From Mobula hypostoma (lineage: Eukaryota): 64,000 bases of DNA. Below are positions 60,096-64,000 of the stretch, piece by piece. The DNA is taken from NCBI RefSeq assembly GCF_963921235.1, contig NC_086098.1, positions 142,786,001 to 142,850,000 on the forward strand. Direction: 5' to 3'. The notes below the pieces were generated by a model, which was not told where the DNA came from, made no database searches, and was given only the letters and a program-made list of their open reading frames with translations. Position 1 is the stretch's first letter. Each line of letters starts with the position of its first letter. The position numbers and the translations under genes were made by a program.

Positions 60096-61754
60096 CAGGG
60101 AGGTTGGTGGGGAGAAACAGCATTCTGAGGATTGGAAAATGATGGATGTGACATGCTTGCTGAACAATGGGTGTACAAGCATGCCAGGTAACTACAGACT
60201 GGTAAGTTGAACCTAAGTGCTGGGTAAGGATTTAGAAACAATAATCAGGGAGAAAATGAATAGGCACTTGAGAGGTTTGAGGTAATTAAGGAAACCCCAC
60301 ATGGCTCGGTTTAAAGCAGATTCTGTTTAACTAACTGAATTGAAATTTTTGATGAGGTATCAGAGAAGGCAGATGAATAAGTGCAATGGATGTTGTCTAA
60401 ACGGACTTTAAGAAAATGTTAATAAACTACTTTGAAAATGCCGGTTAGCAAATTAAAGGCATATGAAATAAAAGGGCTTGAGTCAACTTGCTTGAAAGAG
60501 GTTTGAGATCAGAAAGCAGTAAGTGATGTTAATGGCTGGTTTTTACACTGGGCACTGGTGTTCTCCAAGGGTCACATCAGTGACCACTGCTTTCTCTGAT
60601 GTCTATAAATAACCAGTCTTTGAGCATTTAAAAAATCAGTCTGAAAGTGAAAATTCTTACAATTTCCCACGTTATATGGTGTCTTTACAATTTCTTCCAA
60701 GGAGTGCAGAAGTTTGTCCTCTTTTCATGCTGAAAGTGCAGTAATTTAGTGACTGCTGTACACCAGATTGAAAACATTGAGACCCACTGAGCTGGTGAAC
60801 TGACCCTTGAAAACAGATGAATACTAATAGCCTATTAGTCTCAGACATTGAGCATAAACATTTGAAACTTAGTAACACAGAGCACAGAAGAATTCAGCCC
60901 TTGAAGACTGCAGCAAACATTCAAAGATTCAAAGTACATTCATTATTCAAAGTATGTGTGCAGTATACAACCCTGATATTCGTCTTCTCCACAGACAACC
61001 AAGAAACAACAAAACACCATGGAACCCATTCAAAGAAAAGCATCAAACGCTGCCGCCAGGTGCTAAAAAAACAAAACACGCAAACGACAATGAAAAGAAA
61101 ACAAGTGATAAACACAGAATATGAAACACAAAATCGAATGAGTCACAGCATTCACCTCAACGTTTTTTATCTGCAGGGTGCCCTGATTCAAAATCGCCCA
61201 AATTAGCAACAAGAAAAGGTGTGACCAGAAACCAGAAACAAATCTTACCGCGAACTGGGGAGTCCGATCCACAAACCGTATCGGCTAAAACTCGCCCAAG
61301 GTCCAGAACTCCGACAGCATCGAGGGAGAGAAAGAGAGACCATTTAAACACGGGGACCTTCCGCTGGGAGCAGTGAGTGAGAGGCTGGTAGATGGCACTG
61401 ATGCTGAATGAAACAAAATCTTTTCTGACTGTCTAGGATCCATAACTCTCCATTCCCTACATATTCCTGTGTCCATCTAACAACCTCTTATATGCCACCA
61501 TAGTATCTGCTTCTACTAGTAACCCCAACAACCCATTCTAGGCACCCACCACTCTGTGTAAGACTGTGTAAAGCCATTATGTGGTGCATAATAAAGATCT
61601 TCAGTACCCATTGGGCAATGCGGGCACCTCACTTGGAGCTGGAAGCCACTAAGGTGACCAGGTCGCACGTGCTCAGTGTTGAACACAATTCAGTTATAAA
61701 ATGTTCTAGCCTTTACCCACATCAGATTTGTCTCTATTGAGAACAAACATGATG

Positions 61755-62328
61755 CAATTATACCCCTCCGGTTTTGTTGGCAGTGTAAGTCTGGGGAAGA
61801 CAATCACCAAACGTCTGAGATTGAGGTACGAAACCTCCTGTTGGTGTGGATGCTGTGTGATCCGTTCCCTTGTTACAAATCAGTACCATGAAATAACTGA
61901 CAGTACACCATATGCAGTTAAACGATTTAGCTTTATAATTCTTAATTTGACTAAAGGGTTAATAAAGTAAAACAAAAAGAAAAGTGCTCATTTTAATGAA
62001 ACAGTCTTATGTGCACAAGTTGGAGCTCACAGCTTCCCTTCCGCTGGTCCTCCATCGATTTCCCCGGGCTTCATCAACTTCTGGCCCCACTCCAAGTCCA
62101 TTCCTTTCTGGTGTCTATGACCTCTCCTTTCTGGCATTTTCTCTCTCCATCTTCCACCGAACAAAAGACCCAGATCACCTCAGTCTCAGACACACAGCAA
62201 GAAAAAAACACTCCCCTCATTGGATGGTGCATATTCTAAAGCCCCCGTTATCTCTAACCATAACCCAAATACTGCTGCTACAGAAAAAACCATTACATTA
62301 ACAGTGAACCCTTTCCCAGGGTGTTACA
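61755..62328 (-). mobile_element. Solo LTR (same family as 55801-56363)
   Basis: Minus strand starts tgtaacaccctgg; shares ctttagtcaaattaagaattataaagctaaatc with about 56147-56180. Left boundary approximate. Confidence 0.75.
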
Positions 62329-63439
62329 CTGTCTATGTCTCTGATAACTTTCTAAACCTCTATCAGGTCTTTCCTCAGCCTCGATACTTCAGAGAAAACA
62401 AACCAAGTTTGTTCAACCTCTCTACATGGTTCAATCTCTAACCTGGTGGGTACTTCTCACAACTCACTTTTCCTCCTAGCATTCAACTTGTATAGACCTC
62501 ATCTGAACTGAGGGAAAGAGGTTTATATTTTCACTATCTTTTTTGATAGGTAAGTGACATTATCTCTGGGAGAAATAAAAACAGAGTACAAGAAACACTC
62601 AGCAGATTGAGCAGTAAAAGTTCAAAGTTCAAAGTAACTTTTATTATCAAAGTACATATGTGTCACCAGCCCTGAGATTCATATTCTTGCAGGCTTACTC
62701 AGCAAATCTATGGAATAGTGACTGTAACAGGATCAATGTCAGATCAACCAGAGTGCAGAAGACAACAAACTGTGCAAATGTAAATATAAATAACGAGATC
62801 ATGAGATAAAGAGTCCTTAAAGTTGGTTGTTAGAACATCTCAACGGGTGGGCAAGTATCTGCAGGAGAAGCATAGCTAATATTTCACATCAATAACCTTT
62901 CATCAGGACAAGGGATGGTTTGAAATGAACCATGCTCAGTTACAAAAGACTCGGGTGGAGTGAGACAAAAGGAATGTTTGTCCCAGGGTGGAGACCAATA
63001 GAATCTGAATGGCGTGGATGGTGAAGATGCTAGCTGAGAGAGGCTGATGAGTAGAGCGAATTAAATTAGATTAAGTTTATTTGTTCCCATGTACACTGAA
63101 ACATCAAAGCATACAATGCAATGTGTCATTTGCAATGATAGACAGTCCAAGTGTCACCATGTGTCACCATGCTTCTGGCACTAACACAGCATGCTCACAG
63201 TTTACTAACCCTTACTAATCTCAGCCAGTCTGTGTGGAAGATATATGAATGACAAGAAGGTTAATAAGGATGTAGGGGTGGTTGCTGGGGAGAGAAAGAA
63301 CTGAGAAGCTGTTTGCTTTTCTTTCCTCCTGAGTGGTACCATGCTGGTTTTGTGACACCCCTTTGTTCTGGAACCTTCTAGAGGAGGATGGAGTTCTACT
63401 CTATCGGCCTTATCAGCTCCTCTCACTACCAATATCTAG

Positions 63440-63915
63440 GTTTTGATCATCAGGCATCCCTACCATCCCAGACAAGCTCCCTTCTCACTGCTGCCATCAG
63501 GAAGAAGGTACAGGAGCCTCAGGACTCGCACCACCGGGTTCAGGAACAGTTATTACCACCCCACTCATCAAACTCTTGAACCAAAGGGGCTAACTTCACT
63601 CAGCTTCACTCGCCCCGTCATTGAAATGTTCCCACAACCTATGGACTCACTTTCAAGGACTCTTCATCTCATGTTCTCAATATTTATTGCCTGTTTATTT
63701 ATTATTATTATTATTTCTTTCTTTTTGTATTTGCACAGTTTGTGTCTTTTGCACGCTGGTTGATCACCCAAGCTGGTGCAGTCTTTCGTTGATTCTGTTA
63801 TGGTTATTAGTCTGTAGATTTATTGAGTGTCCCCGGCCCACAAGAAAACAAATCTCAAGGTTGTGCATGGTGACATATATATGTACGTTGGTAATAAATT
63901 TACTTTGAACTTTGA
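63440..63915 (+). mobile_element. Rex1-like 3' fragment
   Basis: ORF 63443-63763 (IIRHPYHP...FSLLPSGRRYRSLRTRTT.FRNSYY); (CTTTGAA)n tail. Confidence 0.85.
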
Positions 63916-64000
63916 TGCTGGCTGCTGATCCTGGTGCTGAAATGTCCGTGCAAAAGGAGGCTGCTTTCAGCAGCCTGGTATTGTTAGAGGGGGAGTGAGG

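Noticed and set aside
1-64000. CRISPR arrays, operons or other prokaryotic systems
   Set aside because: No regularly spaced repeats or gene-dense architecture; the sequence is vertebrate-type repeat-rich DNA.

Overview
This is eukaryotic, repeat-dominated intronic or intergenic DNA. The repeat mix (CR1, Rex1/Babar, RTE-BovB, Penelope-like elements, V-domain and Deu-domain SINEs, hAT/Tc1/Tigger DNA transposons) points to a cartilaginous fish, probably a ray or shark (inference). I could not identify an intact host protein-coding gene: almost every recognisable ORF in the track is a retroelement or transposase fragment, or an antisense shadow of one. The most interesting structures are: (1) at least six type-I hammerhead ribozyme motifs in Penelope pseudo-LTRs, two of them placed in tandem 404 nt apart by a self-nested insertion, which resembles a retrozyme unit; (2) an HDV-like ribozyme fold near 52.8 kb in a short non-autonomous retroelement; (3) a twin-priming-type inverted RTE-BovB insertion with an 11-bp TSD inside a Charlie-type hAT; (4) a SPIN-like hAT with a perfect 8-bp TSD; (5) an ancient DeuSINE relic split by two younger insertions; and (6) a few candidate exons and recursive-type splice sites in unique DNA. 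Family names come from motif recognition by eye, with no database search. Boundaries of old, decayed elements are approximate.
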